A DNA stretch of 49,515 nucleotides from an uncultured Bacilli bacterium (lineage in GTDB: Bacteria; Bacillota_I; Bacilli_A; RF39; UBA660), in NCBI GenBank assembly GCA_947624705.1, contig CANQLL010000002.1, positions 1 through 49,515 of the forward strand, given 5' to 3'. Below are positions 30,546 to 40,513 of this stretch, in pieces; positions within the stretch are counted from its first letter, which is position 1; every line of letters begins with the position of its first letter. The notes under the pieces were generated by a model. The model was given only the letters and a program-made list of their open reading frames with translations, did no database searches and was not told the origin of the DNA. The translations under genes were made by a program, and so were the position numbers.

Positions 30546-31841
30546 TTATTTTTTTCTCATTATTTTACTTACTTCATGACCTAGACGAATTGCATAGTTT
30601 AACCCTCTATCTTCGGGATATATTTGCGGCATCGAAGCAATATAAATATTTTCATTTTTGATTTTAAACTTGGGTATAATTTTAGAATAATTCTTAGTAA
30701 TAATTGGTTGAGCATATCTTTCATTAAATACTTCTACTCTTAAAACATCTTTTTCGGAAAAATCTTTATTAATTGTTTTAAGCATTGGTATATATTTTTT
30801 AAATAATTCTTCTTTTGTTAAATTATAAAGTTCATCATCTTCATACATATAATTAGAAATATACATTACGTGTTTATTATCATAATTTTCTTTATCGATA
30901 AAATTAGTATGTTCAATTAAGCCGCCAAAGGGAATATCTTTATTACCATTATTTAACCAATAAAATTTCATAAAAGGCTTTTTCATAAATAAAACCATAA
31001 TCCGGGCCGCTGTATATTTAATCGAACTTAAATTCTTTTTGGTTTTTTCATCAATTAAGTCATTAGCTATATCTATAAAATAAGGATAAGCTATTGTTGA
31101 TAAAACCATATCATAGTTAGAATAATTCTTTTTATCAGTTACTATTGTATATTTATTTTTGTTCTTTTTTATTTGTTTAACTTTACAATTATTAAATATA
31201 TTAACTTTTTTCGTCAGTAAATCTTTTTCTAAAGCTTCAGTTAAAACTTGATAACTTCCTTTCATATAGCCTAAAGATTCTCCCTCTTTATCGGTAGATG
31301 AACCCCGTAAAACAATTTTACCCCACATCCAAGCCATTGATACTTCTTTATAAGAAGCACCAAATTTGGAAAACAAAAGGGGTTCCCAAATCATTTCATA
31401 AGCTTTTTTTCCTGCGTGTTTAATAAGCCACTCATGAGCTGATACTTTTTCTAATTTTTCATAATGACGAATTAATTTAATTCTAATAACACTTAAACCA
31501 AACCGAAACTTGTTCCCTAAATTCAAAGGTTTAAACTTTAAAAGCGAAATTGGGGTACCAAATTCATAAGCTCCGCCCTCAGAATAATATCCCATTTTAG
31601 TATGCGGCCAAAATAACTTATCCTCAATTTGCAGTTTCTTGATTAAATCAATAACATAACTATCACTTTTAAATATATGGCGATAATATTTTTCCAAGGG
31701 TGTACCATAAGCCTCAAAAGTTGCGGTCATACCACCAACTTTTTCTTCGGCTTCAAATATATCAACTTTATTATCTTTAATTAAATCTCGAGCGGCAATC
31801 ATACCTGTGTAACCTGCTCCAATAATGGCTATTTTTTTCAT
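30546..31841 (-). CDS. FAD/NAD(P)-binding oxidoreductase (amine oxidase / HemY-like fold)
   Basis: MKKIAIIGAGYTGMIAARDL...FEAEEKVGGM dinucleotide-binding motif. The 41-aa ORF-track extension was rejected because it runs into the divergent promoter region. Confidence 0.75.
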   Translation of the reverse strand: MKKIAIIGAGYTGMIAARDLIKDNKVDIFEAEEKVGGMTATFEAYGTPLEKYYRHIFKSDSYVIDLIKKLQIEDKLFWPHTKMGYYSEGGAYEFGTPISLLKFKPLNLGNKFRFGLSVIRIKLIRHYEKLEKVSAHEWLIKHAGKKAYEMIWEPLLFSKFGASYKEVSMAWMWGKIVLRGSSTDKEGESLGYMKGSYQVLTEALEKDLLTKKVNIFNNCKVKQIKKNKNKYTIVTDKKNYSNYDMVLSTIAYPYFIDIANDLIDEKTKKNLSSIKYTAARIMVLFMKKPFMKFYWLNNGNKDIPFGGLIEHTNFIDKENYDNKHVMYISNYMYEDDELYNLTKEELFKKYIPMLKTINKDFSEKDVLRVEVFNERYAQPIITKNYSKIIPKFKIKNENIYIASMPQIYPEDRGLNYAIRLGHEVSKIMRKK

Positions 31842-31869
31842 TACTTCATCTATCTTTCTAAGTAACTTT

Positions 31870-31899
31870 ATTATACCAAAAACGACAAATAATTCCCAA
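31870..31899 (-). promoter_or_regulatory. putative promoter TTGGGA-18-(TGg)TATAAT for the oxidoreductase-yfhO-GT-gtrA unit
   Basis: Minus strand has TTGGGA (31894-31899) and TATAAT (31870-31875) with a TG extension. Confidence 0.45.
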
Positions 31900-31913
31900 C
31901 TTTTTACTATAAA

Positions 31914-31922
31914 TGCTATAAT
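31914..31922 (+). promoter_or_regulatory. putative extended -10 (TGcTATAAT) for the divergent GT-C/GT2 unit
   Basis: TGCTATAAT lies 19 nt upstream of the ATG and is followed by a GTGAGGTAG RBS. The -35 is weak. Confidence 0.4.
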
Positions 31923-31940
31923 GGATAAGTGAGGTAGTTT

Positions 31941-33425
31941 ATGAAACAATTTATTAAAAACCATAAAGATATAATATTTATTACATTAATTTCTTTTATA
32001 ATGATGCTTATTTGTTCCACATCTTCACCTTTATATTTTGCTAATAACTGGGTTGATGTTAATGCTTATCTAACAATGGGACGGGGTTTATTTCATGGTA
32101 AAGTTTTATATCTTGACCTTTTTGATCATAAAGGACCTTTATTATATTTTATTTATGGTATTGCTAGTCTTTTATCTCCTCATAGTTATTTTGGGGTCTA
32201 CTTATTAGAAAGTATCTTTTTTACTTTTACTTTATACTATGCTTTTAAAATAGCCAATTTATTTTTAAACAAAGAACCATCTTATTTATCTTTATTTTTA
32301 CTAATGCCTTTTATGTTTATAAGTAAATTCTTTTGTTTAGGAGGTTCATCCGAAGAATTTATTCTACCCTTTATATTTATGGCCATTTATTACACCATTT
32401 CTATTTTAAAAAATAATTATACTAAAAAGGATTTTTACCTCATTGGTCTATGTCTTTGTGCCATAATTCTTATAAAATTTCCCATGGCTATTTTTATGTT
32501 ACCTTTTTTAATTGCTATTTTATTTTCAACTTTAAAAAAACAGAAATTTAAAAAGACCGCTATTTTAGTTGGTTATGCTTTCTTAGGTTTCTTCACTATT
32601 TTATTACCTTTTATAATTTATTTTTTAATTACCCATAGTCTTAAAGCTTTTTTTGAAGTTTATGTTCATTTCAATTCTTTATATGCTAATATAAAATTAA
32701 CTAAAGATTATTTAATTTCCCTTGGCCAAAATTTAATTTCCATGATAAAAAGCAATTTTTTAGAAACCATCATTATTTTATATGGATGCTTTTATTTTAT
32801 ATTTATTAAATACTTTAAAACAAAAATTTATAATTTTTCATTTTTCTTTTCTTGGTTAATCTTATTTTTAATCATTTATAGTGGAGATAGTATTCTTCCC
32901 TATTATTTTCTAATTTTTATACCTTTTATCTTTTTGGGTTTAGTAGCTTTTATGCGAACGTTTAATTATTTGAAATTTAGTTATAAAATAATTATTCCTT
33001 TATGTATCGTTTTATCATTTATTACTATTGTTTTAAATACCAATCTTAATAACTATACTTCAAAAATAACGCATCAAAATAATGATGCTCTATCTTTAAT
33101 CACTAAAGATTTAAAAAAAGAAAAAGCTAAGAAAATATTAGAGTATTATACTTTAGATATTGGTTTATATAATCGTTTAAATATTGTGCCAAATATTAAA
33201 TATTTTTATATTCCCAATATTGACTATGAAATATATCCTAAAGCATTTGACGAACAAAATAGATATTTAAAAGAAAAGTTAGTCGACTTTGTAATAGTAA
33301 GAGCTTATCATATTAATTCTAGTAATTATTTTAAAGAGTTTAAAAATATTGAGAAAAATTATAGGTTATATAAATATTACGATAGTATAGAAAGTTACCG
33401 ATATTATCTCTTCAAACGCAAATAA
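31941..33425 (+). CDS. polytopic GT-C-type glycosyltransferase (GT39/ArnT/PMT_2-like)
   Basis: About 12 TM segments plus a C-terminal soluble domain, a layout typical of polyprenyl-P-sugar-dependent GT-C enzymes. Assigned by pattern only. Confidence 0.6.
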   Translation: MKQFIKNHKDIIFITLISFIMMLICSTSSPLYFANNWVDVNAYLTMGRGLFHGKVLYLDLFDHKGPLLYFIYGIASLLSPHSYFGVYLLESIFFTFTLYYAFKIANLFLNKEPSYLSLFLLMPFMFISKFFCLGGSSEEFILPFIFMAIYYTISILKNNYTKKDFYLIGLCLCAIILIKFPMAIFMLPFLIAILFSTLKKQKFKKTAILVGYAFLGFFTILLPFIIYFLITHSLKAFFEVYVHFNSLYANIKLTKDYLISLGQNLISMIKSNFLETIIILYGCFYFIFIKYFKTKIYNFSFFFSWLILFLIIYSGDSILPYYFLIFIPFIFLGLVAFMRTFNYLKFSYKIIIPLCIVLSFITIVLNTNLNNYTSKITHQNNDALSLITKDLKKEKAKKILEYYTLDIGLYNRLNIVPNIKYFYIPNIDYEIYPKAFDEQNRYLKEKLVDFVIVRAYHINSSNYFKEFKNIEKNYRLYKYYDSIESYRYYLFKRK

Positions 33426-33483
33426 TCAATAATTGCATGAGATTTTTAGGTATTGTATAATTAAAAAGAAATAGGTGGTAATA

Positions 33484-34413
33484 GTGAAAAAAATATCAGT
33501 AATAGTCCCTTGTTATAATGAACAAGATAATATTAAAATTTTTAATGAAACTTTAAAAGAAACTTTAAAAAAAATTGATTATGAAGTAATTTATGTTAAT
33601 GACGGAAGTAGGGATAAAACATTAAATAATTTAAAAGAAATTGCTAAAAATGATAAACATGTTAAATATATAAGTTTTTCGCGAAATTTTAATAAAGACG
33701 CTGCTTTAGCAGCAGGATTAGATTATAGTGAAGCTTTGTATACAACTATTATTGATGCTGATATGCAGCAGCATCCAAAATATATTTTAAAAATGTATGA
33801 ATTTTTAGAAAATAATCCCGATTATGATCAAGTAGCTATGGTTAATAAACATCGTAAAGAAAATTTTTTAACAATTTTCTTTAAAAAATGTTTTTATAAA
33901 ATAATTGATTTTTTAAGCGATATTAAATTTGTAGATGGTGCCAGTGACTTTCGAATGTTAAGAAATAATGTTGTTACGGAAATAAAAAGATTAAAAGAAA
34001 AAAATCGTTTTTCTAAAGGTATATTTTCGTGGATTGGTTTTAATACTTATTATATGGAATACGAAGTTTTAGATCGAGTAAGTGGAGTATCAAAATTTAA
34101 TTTTGATTCTAATTTAAGATATGCCTTTAATGGTATTATTAGTTTTAGTACTAAACCATTAAGGATTGCTACTTATACAGGGATACTATCATCAATTATA
34201 GCTTTTATTCTTTTAATTGAAGTATTAATTGAAAAAATATTTTTTAATACACCGATAGCTGGTTACCCAACTATTATGTGTGCAATTTTATTTTTAGGTG
34301 GCATTCAATTAATAACTATAGGCATTTTAGGAGAATATTTAGCAAAAGCATATATTGAAACTAAAAATAGACCTATATATATAATTAAAGAAAAATATGG
34401 TTTTAAAGATTAA
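33484..34413 (+). CDS. GT2 polyprenyl-phosphate glycosyltransferase (GtrB/CsbB-like)
   Basis: ISVIVPCYNEQDNI, VNDGSRDKT, DADMQQHP and two C-terminal TM segments. The GTG at 33484 is 5 nt after AGGTGG. Confidence 0.85.
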   Translation: MKKISVIVPCYNEQDNIKIFNETLKETLKKIDYEVIYVNDGSRDKTLNNLKEIAKNDKHVKYISFSRNFNKDAALAAGLDYSEALYTTIIDADMQQHPKYILKMYEFLENNPDYDQVAMVNKHRKENFLTIFFKKCFYKIIDFLSDIKFVDGASDFRMLRNNVVTEIKRLKEKNRFSKGIFSWIGFNTYYMEYEVLDRVSGVSKFNFDSNLRYAFNGIISFSTKPLRIATYTGILSSIIAFILLIEVLIEKIFFNTPIAGYPTIMCAILFLGGIQLITIGILGEYLAKAYIETKNRPIYIIKEKYGFKD

Positions 34414-34428
34414 CCATATTTTTATAAA

Positions 34429-34452
34429 CAAAAAAAGAACTAAACTAGTTCT
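34429..34452. terminator. hairpin terminator at the end of the alpha operon (convergent with GT2 gene)
   Basis: agaacta / tagttct 7-bp stem, with a 7-A run on the plus strand that forms the U-tract for the minus-strand transcript. Confidence 0.6.
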
Positions 34453-34781
34453 AATTTTACTTGTAAAGCATCGTCGCCGATTCTTTCTTTTAATTTAACA
34501 ATACGTGTGTAACCACCATTACGTGTTTCATAACGTTTTGCTAAATCATTAAATACTTTATCAACAACAGCTTTATCATTATGAACAAAAGCTAAAGCTT
34601 TACGACGAGCAACTAAAGTACCTCTTTTTCCATAAGTAATCATTCTTTCAATAAATTTACGGGCTTCTTTAGCTCTTGCTTCTGTTGTTATTACCGATTC
34701 ATTGTTAATAACATCTTTTGTAATTCCAGCCAGAATGCTACGACGGATTCTTGATTCTCTACTTAATTTTCTATATGCCAT
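34440..34781 (-). CDS. rplQ: 50S ribosomal protein L17
   Basis: Sequence identity pattern ([28 protein letters not shown]) and its position after rpoA. Confidence 0.95.
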   Translation of the reverse strand: MAYRKLSRESRIRRSILAGITKDVINNESVITTEARAKEARKFIERMITYGKRGTLVARRKALAFVHNDKAVVDKVFNDLAKRYETRNGGYTRIVKLKERIGDDALQVKLELV

Positions 34782-34792
34782 AATTTACCTCC

Positions 34793-35740
34793 TTATTCGT
34801 GGAACTGAAGTCCCAATTCTTTTACTTTATCAATTACTTCTTTTAAAGATTTTTTACCTAAATTACGAATTTTAGTAACTTCAACTTCTTTTTTAGAAAT
34901 TAAATCTTGAACAGTATGAATACCAGCTCTTTTTAAACAATTATAAGCTCTAACTGAGAATTCAATTTCTTCAATAGGAGTTTCTAGTGTTTTAGTAATT
35001 GTATCAATTTTCTTTTCAGCCATCATACCAGATAAGTCGCTTATTTCATTTAAATCAGTAACAATAGTAAAATGTTCAATTAAAATTTTAGCAGCTAAAG
35101 CCATAGCTTCTTCGGGAGTTGTTGCTCCATTTGTATAAACATCCATTACTAATTTATCAAAATTTTCATTTTGACCAACCCGAGCAGGTTCTACTTCATA
35201 AGCAACTCTTTCAATTGGTGAATAAATTGAATCAATCGGAATCATACCTACTTCTTGATTTTCAATTAATTTTTTATTTTCTTTAGCATCAACATAACCA
35301 CGACCATTAGAAACAGTCATTTTCATTTCAATTTTGCCACCTTTTACAAGGTTACAAATTACTAAATCTTTATTAATTATATCTAAATCAGCATCAATTT
35401 CAATATCACCAGCAGTAACTGGTCCTTCTTTAGAAGCAGTTAATCTAATGACTTTATCTTCATCAGAATAATTTTTAATAACAACACTTTTTAAAGCTAA
35501 GATAATAGCTGTAACATCTTCAACAACACCATCTAACTTTTGGAATTCATGCATTACACCTTCAATTTTAACACTAGTTATGGCACTACCAGGTAGTGAT
35601 GATAACATAACACGACGTAAAGCATTACCAATTGTTGTTCCAAAACCTCTTTCAAGTGGTTCTAAAACAAATTGACCATAGTGATTATTATCCATATATT
35701 CCGTGATTTTATATTCTGGTTTATCAAATTTAATATTCAT
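34793..35740 (-). CDS. rpoA: DNA-directed RNA polymerase alpha subunit
   Basis: LERGFGTTIGNALRRVMLSSLPG, plus a C-terminal domain with SVRAYNCLKRAGI. Confidence 0.96.
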   Translation of the reverse strand: MNIKFDKPEYKITEYMDNNHYGQFVLEPLERGFGTTIGNALRRVMLSSLPGSAITSVKIEGVMHEFQKLDGVVEDVTAIILALKSVVIKNYSDEDKVIRLTASKEGPVTAGDIEIDADLDIINKDLVICNLVKGGKIEMKMTVSNGRGYVDAKENKKLIENQEVGMIPIDSIYSPIERVAYEVEPARVGQNENFDKLVMDVYTNGATTPEEAMALAAKILIEHFTIVTDLNEISDLSGMMAEKKIDTITKTLETPIEEIEFSVRAYNCLKRAGIHTVQDLISKKEVEVTKIRNLGKKSLKEVIDKVKELGLQFHE

Positions 35741-35761
35741 ATTCTTACCGTTTCCTTCCCA

Positions 35762-36145
35762 TTAATTTCTTGGACGTTTTGGTGGACGGCAACCATTATG
35801 TGGTATTGGTGTTTCATCAGAAATAGATGTAATTTCTAGTCCAGCAGTTTGTAATGCTCTGATAGCATTTTCCCGACCTTGTCCTAAACCTTTAACTTTA
35901 ACTTCAACTTTTACAACTCCACTATCCATTGCGGATTTGGCTGCGGCTTCAGCGGCAAGTCCGGCTGCAAAAGGAGTTTTCTTTTTACTTCCTTTGTAAC
36001 CAATTGTTCCAGATGATGCCCATGAAATAACATTTCCATCTTTATCAGCAATACTAACAACTGTATTATTAAAAGTGGAATGAATATGAGCAACAGCTTC
36101 AGGTATATTTTTCTTTACTTTTCTTTTTCTTCTATTATAAGCCAT
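35762..36145 (-). CDS. rpsK: 30S ribosomal protein S11
   Basis: [35 protein letters not shown]. Confidence 0.96.
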   Translation of the reverse strand: MAYNRRKRKVKKNIPEAVAHIHSTFNNTVVSIADKDGNVISWASSGTIGYKGSKKKTPFAAGLAAEAAAKSAMDSGVVKVEVKVKGLGQGRENAIRALQTAGLEITSISDETPIPHNGCRPPKRPRN

Positions 36146-36156
36146 TATTTAACCTC

Positions 36157-36531
36157 CTATTTACCTACTTTTTTCTTATTAGCTACTACTTTACCTTTAC
36201 CCTTACGAGTTCTAGCATTTCGAGAAGTTCTTTGTCCACGAACAGGTAATCCTTTTTTATGTCTAATACCTTGGTAACTATTAATTTCCATTTTATTTTT
36301 AATGTTCATTTGTACTTCGCGACGAAGATCACCTTCAACAGTATATTTATCAATTTCTGTACGTAAAGCAGTTACTTCTTCGTTTGTTAAATCTTTACAT
36401 TTTTTAGTAGAATCAACTTTAGCATCTTCACAAATAGTCTTAGCTAAATTACGACCAATACCATGAATAGCTGTTAATCCTATTACAATATGTTTTTCAT
36501 TTGGTAATTCAATATTTTTTATCCGTGCCAT
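36157..36531 (-). CDS. rpsM: 30S ribosomal protein S13
   Basis: MARI..I.LP..K.....[23 protein letters not shown]. Confidence 0.96.
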   Translation of the reverse strand: MARIKNIELPNEKHIVIGLTAIHGIGRNLAKTICEDAKVDSTKKCKDLTNEEVTALRTEIDKYTVEGDLRREVQMNIKNKMEINSYQGIRHKKGLPVRGQRTSRNARTRKGKGKVVANKKKVGK

Positions 36532-36543
36532 ATTTTCCTCCTA

Positions 36544-36657
36544 TTAACCTTGTCTTTGTTTGTGTTTTGGATTTTCACAAATAATCATTGTTTTTCCTTT
36601 TCTTTTTATTATTTTGCACTTTGCACAAATCGGTTTTACCGATGGTCTAACTTTCAT
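36544..36657 (-). CDS. rpmJ: 50S ribosomal protein L36 (37 aa; below the ORF-track size cut-off)
   Basis: Manual translation of the minus strand gives [37 protein letters not shown]. Sits in the canonical infA-rpmJ-rpsM position. Confidence 0.93.
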   Translation of the reverse strand: MKVRPSVKPICAKCKIIKRKGKTMIICENPKHKQRQG

Positions 36658-36671
36658 AAGTTTACCTCCTA

Positions 36672-36890
36672 TTATCTCTTATTCCAAATAATTCGCCCAC
36701 GTGTTAAATCGTAAGGTGAGAGTTCAATCGTTACTGTATCACCTGGTAGAATACGTATCATATTCACGCGCATTTTACCAGAAACGTAGGCAGTTACAGT
36801 ATGTTTATTTGTTAATTCAACTAAGTAATCTCCACCTTTTAATACTTCGATAACTTTACCTTCAACTTCGATTTTATTCTCTTTAGCCAT
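36672..36890 (-). CDS. infA: translation initiation factor IF-1
   Basis: [14 protein letters not shown]....Y.VEL.N.H.V.A.VSGKMR...[20 protein letters not shown].. Confidence 0.96.
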   Translation of the reverse strand: MAKENKIEVEGKVIEVLKGGDYLVELTNKHTVTAYVSGKMRVNMIRILPGDTVTIELSPYDLTRGRIIWNKR

Positions 36891-37640
36891 TTATTCATCT
36901 CCTGTTAATATTTCATAACCATCATCAGTAACTAAAACTGTATGTTCAAAATGAGCTGATGGTTTATTATCACCTGTTACTATTGTCCAATCATCATCTA
37001 ACATATAAACTTTTTCAGTGCCTAAATTAAGCATTGGTTCAATAGCAATAGTCATTCCTTTTTTTAAAACTAAACCCGTATTTTTTTGTCCATAGTTAGG
37101 TACATCAGGATCTTCATGTAAATTAGTTCCAACTCCATGTCCTACTAAAACTCTAACTACACCTAAGTGATTTTTTAAAGCGAATGATTCAATAGCATAA
37201 CCAATATCACCTAAGCGAGCTCCAGCTTTAACTTCATGAATTCCGCGATATAAAGCTTCTTTAGTTATATCTAAAAGCTTTTGCTTTTTTTCACTAATTG
37301 TTCCTACCGGATGAGTCCAAGCGGAATCAGAATGATATCCTTTATAAATAACGCCAATATCAATTGATATTATATCACCATTTTTTAGTTTACGCTTGCT
37401 AGGAATACCATGAACAATTTCTTCATTAACGGAAGTACAGATAGAGGCTGGATACCCTTCATAATTTAAAAATGATGGTATTCCTCCTTGACTACGAATA
37501 TAAGCATCAGCAATATCATTAAGTTCTTGTGTCGTAATCCCCGGGCGAATATTCTTGGCAAGCAATTGGTGAGTTTCAAAATTTATTCTTCCCGCAATTT
37601 TCATTAATTCAATTTCCCGATTACTTTTTATACTAATCAT
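36891..37640 (-). CDS. map: type I methionine aminopeptidase
   Basis: Metal ligands in context (DIGV..KGYHSD, GHGVG, EPM, HFEHT). Confidence 0.94.
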   Translation of the reverse strand: MISIKSNREIELMKIAGRINFETHQLLAKNIRPGITTQELNDIADAYIRSQGGIPSFLNYEGYPASICTSVNEEIVHGIPSKRKLKNGDIISIDIGVIYKGYHSDSAWTHPVGTISEKKQKLLDITKEALYRGIHEVKAGARLGDIGYAIESFALKNHLGVVRVLVGHGVGTNLHEDPDVPNYGQKNTGLVLKKGMTIAIEPMLNLGTEKVYMLDDDWTIVTGDNKPSAHFEHTVLVTDDGYEILTGDE

Positions 37641-37641
37641 A

Positions 37642-38295
37642 TTAAGCCTCTATTTCTCCTTTAATAATTTTAAATATTTCTTCTTTAGTTAAAGAAGCAT
37701 CTATTTTCTTTAAAATATTTTGTTTTTCATAATAATTTAAGATTGGCATAGTTTGTTTGATGAAAACGTCAAACAAACTATTAAATGCTTCTTCTGTATC
37801 ATCATGTCTTTTTTCTAATGGACTTTGACATTTATCACAAATACTCTCTACTTTAGGTTGTAAATTAGGATAATATTCATTATATGATTTACCACAATTA
37901 GGACAAATCATTCTTCCTAAAGTTCTTTTTAAAGCTTCTTCTTTAGAAATTTCTAAATAGAAAACATGATCTATTTTTTCATTTAAATTTTGCATTAATT
38001 CATCTAAAGCATAAGCTTGATTTAAAGTTCTTGGATAACCATCAAAGATAATTCCTTTCTCCTCTTTATTATCTTCTAAATATTTTTTTAACATTTCTAA
38101 GACAATATCATCACTTACTAATTGCCCTTTACTAACAATATCATTTAGTTTTTTTCCTAAATCATCTTGTTTAGCAATTTGTTGACGAATTAAATCACCA
38201 GTTGATAAGTGCAGAAAGTTATATTCTTTTTCTAAAAACTCACATTGAGTTCCTTTCCCCGTTCCATGGGGAGCTATAAAGATGATATTTTTCAT
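37642..38295 (-). CDS. adk: adenylate kinase
   Basis: P-loop APHGTGKGTQ, a Zn-lid CPNCG...CDKC, and DGYPRT. Confidence 0.94.
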   Translation of the reverse strand: MKNIIFIAPHGTGKGTQCEFLEKEYNFLHLSTGDLIRQQIAKQDDLGKKLNDIVSKGQLVSDDIVLEMLKKYLEDNKEEKGIIFDGYPRTLNQAYALDELMQNLNEKIDHVFYLEISKEEALKRTLGRMICPNCGKSYNEYYPNLQPKVESICDKCQSPLEKRHDDTEEAFNSLFDVFIKQTMPILNYYEKQNILKKIDASLTKEEIFKIIKGEIEA

Positions 38296-39554
38296 ATTCT
38301 TTTTCTGCGCCGGGTATAACTACGACTAACAATTGAACTTTCTAATTGTTTATAAGTTTCAATAGCTACACCAACAACGATTAATAATCCAGTTCCGCCA
38401 ATTGTAACACTCGCTCCTAAATGAGAAAAGTGGGAAAATACAATTGGAAGTCCAGCAATTATAATTAAGAATATTGAACCAACAATGGTAATTTTAGATA
38501 AAACATTACTAATATATTTACTAGTTGGAACTCCCGGTCTAACTCCAGGGATATAACCACCATTTTTATTTAAGTTTTTGCTCATTTCATCTGGGTTCAT
38601 TGACATAAATGTATAAAAATACCCAAAGAAGAAGATTAGAGCGATGTAAATTAAGAATCCCGTAAGTGAAGTATAATTAATCCACTTATTAACAAAGTTG
38701 ATGGCATTTTCATTGCCAATAAAATTAACGATTGTACTAGGAATAGCCATTAAAGTAGAAGCAAAGATAACAGGAATAACTCCCGCTGAGTTTATCTTAA
38801 TTGGTAAGAATGAACTTTCGGAATTAATTACTGTATTGCTTCGATTAGCATATTGAATTGGAATTCTTCTTTCGGCTAGTTGAACCCAAATAACACCAAC
38901 AATTATCAATAAATAAACAATTACAAAAGCACTAAATAGGGTAATACCAAGCGGTAGAGCATAAGTTCCACTTGAGATTAAACCGCTAAAGGCTGTTCTA
39001 AACATGCCTGGCATTGATTCAATAATACCAGCCATAATGATTAAAGATAAACCATTACCAATACCTTTTTCGGTAATTTGATCACCTAACCACATTAATA
39101 AGGCTGTTCCAGCCGTTAGGACTAAAGTTGTTTTTAAAATAACGGTAACATCTTTAGAACCTAAGAAGGCAATTGAGATAACATATCCTTGAATAAAGGC
39201 AAATAAAATTCCTAAATAACGAGTAATTTTATTAATTTTTTGTCTACCGACATAACCTTGATCTTTAAGTTCACTAAAGTAAGGAATGATATCCATTTGC
39301 AGTAATTGCGTAATGATTGATGCTGTGATATAAGGAGTAACTCCTAAAGCAAAAATCGAAAATTGTTGTAAGGCTCCTCCAGCCATTAAGTTAAGTAGTT
39401 GAAGAAAACCTAATTCTTTCGTAATTGTTGAGGCCCAAGGCACTGTAATGTTAGTACCAATACAAAATATTCCTAGAACCATAAATGTAAATAATATTCT
39501 TTTTCTTAAGTCTTTATTGGAAGGCTTAAATATTTGCTTAATTGTGGCAAACAT
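38292..39554 (-). CDS. secY: preprotein translocase subunit SecY
   Basis: Ten-TM SecY pattern (FALGVTPYITASII.QLL, GNGLSLII) and its position after rplO. Confidence 0.95.
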   Translation of the reverse strand: MFATIKQIFKPSNKDLRKRILFTFMVLGIFCIGTNITVPWASTITKELGFLQLLNLMAGGALQQFSIFALGVTPYITASIITQLLQMDIIPYFSELKDQGYVGRQKINKITRYLGILFAFIQGYVISIAFLGSKDVTVILKTTLVLTAGTALLMWLGDQITEKGIGNGLSLIIMAGIIESMPGMFRTAFSGLISSGTYALPLGITLFSAFVIVYLLIIVGVIWVQLAERRIPIQYANRSNTVINSESSFLPIKINSAGVIPVIFASTLMAIPSTIVNFIGNENAINFVNKWINYTSLTGFLIYIALIFFFGYFYTFMSMNPDEMSKNLNKNGGYIPGVRPGVPTSKYISNVLSKITIVGSIFLIIIAGLPIVFSHFSHLGASVTIGGTGLLIVVGVAIETYKQLESSIVSRSYTRRRKRI

Positions 39555-39997
39555 TAAATCACCTCAGCTTTAGAACCAGCTTCTTCTATTTTAGTAACAG
39601 CACTTGATGAGAAACGATGTGCTTTAATCGTTACTTTTTTATCAAGTTGACCATTACCTAAGACTTTAAGACCACTTAATTCTTTTTTGATAATTCCCCG
39701 TGATTTAAGAATTTCTGGAGTAACTTCATCACCGTCATTAAAGAATTTATTAATATCACTTAAGTTAATTGTGGCAAATTTTGTCGCAAAACGTGTATTA
39801 TTAAATCCTCTTTTTGGAATTCTTCGATATAATGGCGCTTGTCCACCTTGGAACCAAGGTTTAATACTGGCACCACTACGAGATTTTTGACCTTTTTGAC
39901 CTCTTGTTGAAGTTTTACCCATTCCACTTCCTGGACCACGGCCTACTCTTTTAATAGCTTTAGCCTCAGGTGATTTATTTAATTCATGTAATTTCAT
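39554..39997 (-). CDS. rplO: 50S ribosomal protein L15
   Basis: MKLHEL...RVGRGPGSGMGKTSTRGQKGQKSRSG. Confidence 0.95.
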   Translation of the reverse strand: MKLHELNKSPEAKAIKRVGRGPGSGMGKTSTRGQKGQKSRSGASIKPWFQGGQAPLYRRIPKRGFNNTRFATKFATINLSDINKFFNDGDEVTPEILKSRGIIKKELSGLKVLGNGQLDKKVTIKAHRFSSSAVTKIEEAGSKAEVI

Positions 39998-40500
39998 TAT
40001 AAATCCTCCACTTCTTTACCACGAAGTTGGGCAACTTTTTCCGCCGTTTTTTGCATTCTTAAAGCTTCTAAAGTTGCTTTTGCTACGTTAATTTTTGTAT
40101 TTGAACCTAAGGATTTAGATACAATATCCTTAACTCCTGCTAATTCCAAAACAGCCCGAGCAGCTCCACCCGCAATAACTCCAGTACCTGGTTTAGCTGG
40201 TTTAACTAAAACTTCAGCTCTTCCTACTTTAGCAATAGCATCATGAGGAATTGTACGATTATCAATTAAAGCAATTTTGGTTACATTTTTATTAGCTGCT
40301 TGAATCGCTTTTTTAATGGCATCTGGTACTTCATTGGCTTTACCAGTACCAATACCAACTAAGCCTTTATGATTACCAACTACAACAGTAGCTGAGAATC
40401 TAAAGTGTCTACCACCTTTAGTTACTTTCGTAACCCGAGAAATGGAAACAACAGTTTCATCAAGCAAATTTTTCTTAGAGTCTTTTTCAAATTTTGGCAT
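39997..40500 (-). CDS. rpsE: 30S ribosomal protein S5
   Basis: [27 protein letters not shown]. The stop overlaps the rplO start (TAATG). Confidence 0.95.
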   Translation of the reverse strand: MPKFEKDSKKNLLDETVVSISRVTKVTKGGRHFRFSATVVVGNHKGLVGIGTGKANEVPDAIKKAIQAANKNVTKIALIDNRTIPHDAIAKVGRAEVLVKPAKPGTGVIAGGAARAVLELAGVKDIVSKSLGSNTKINVAKATLEALRMQKTAEKVAQLRGKEVEDL

Positions 40501-40513
40501 TCTTTACCTCCCT

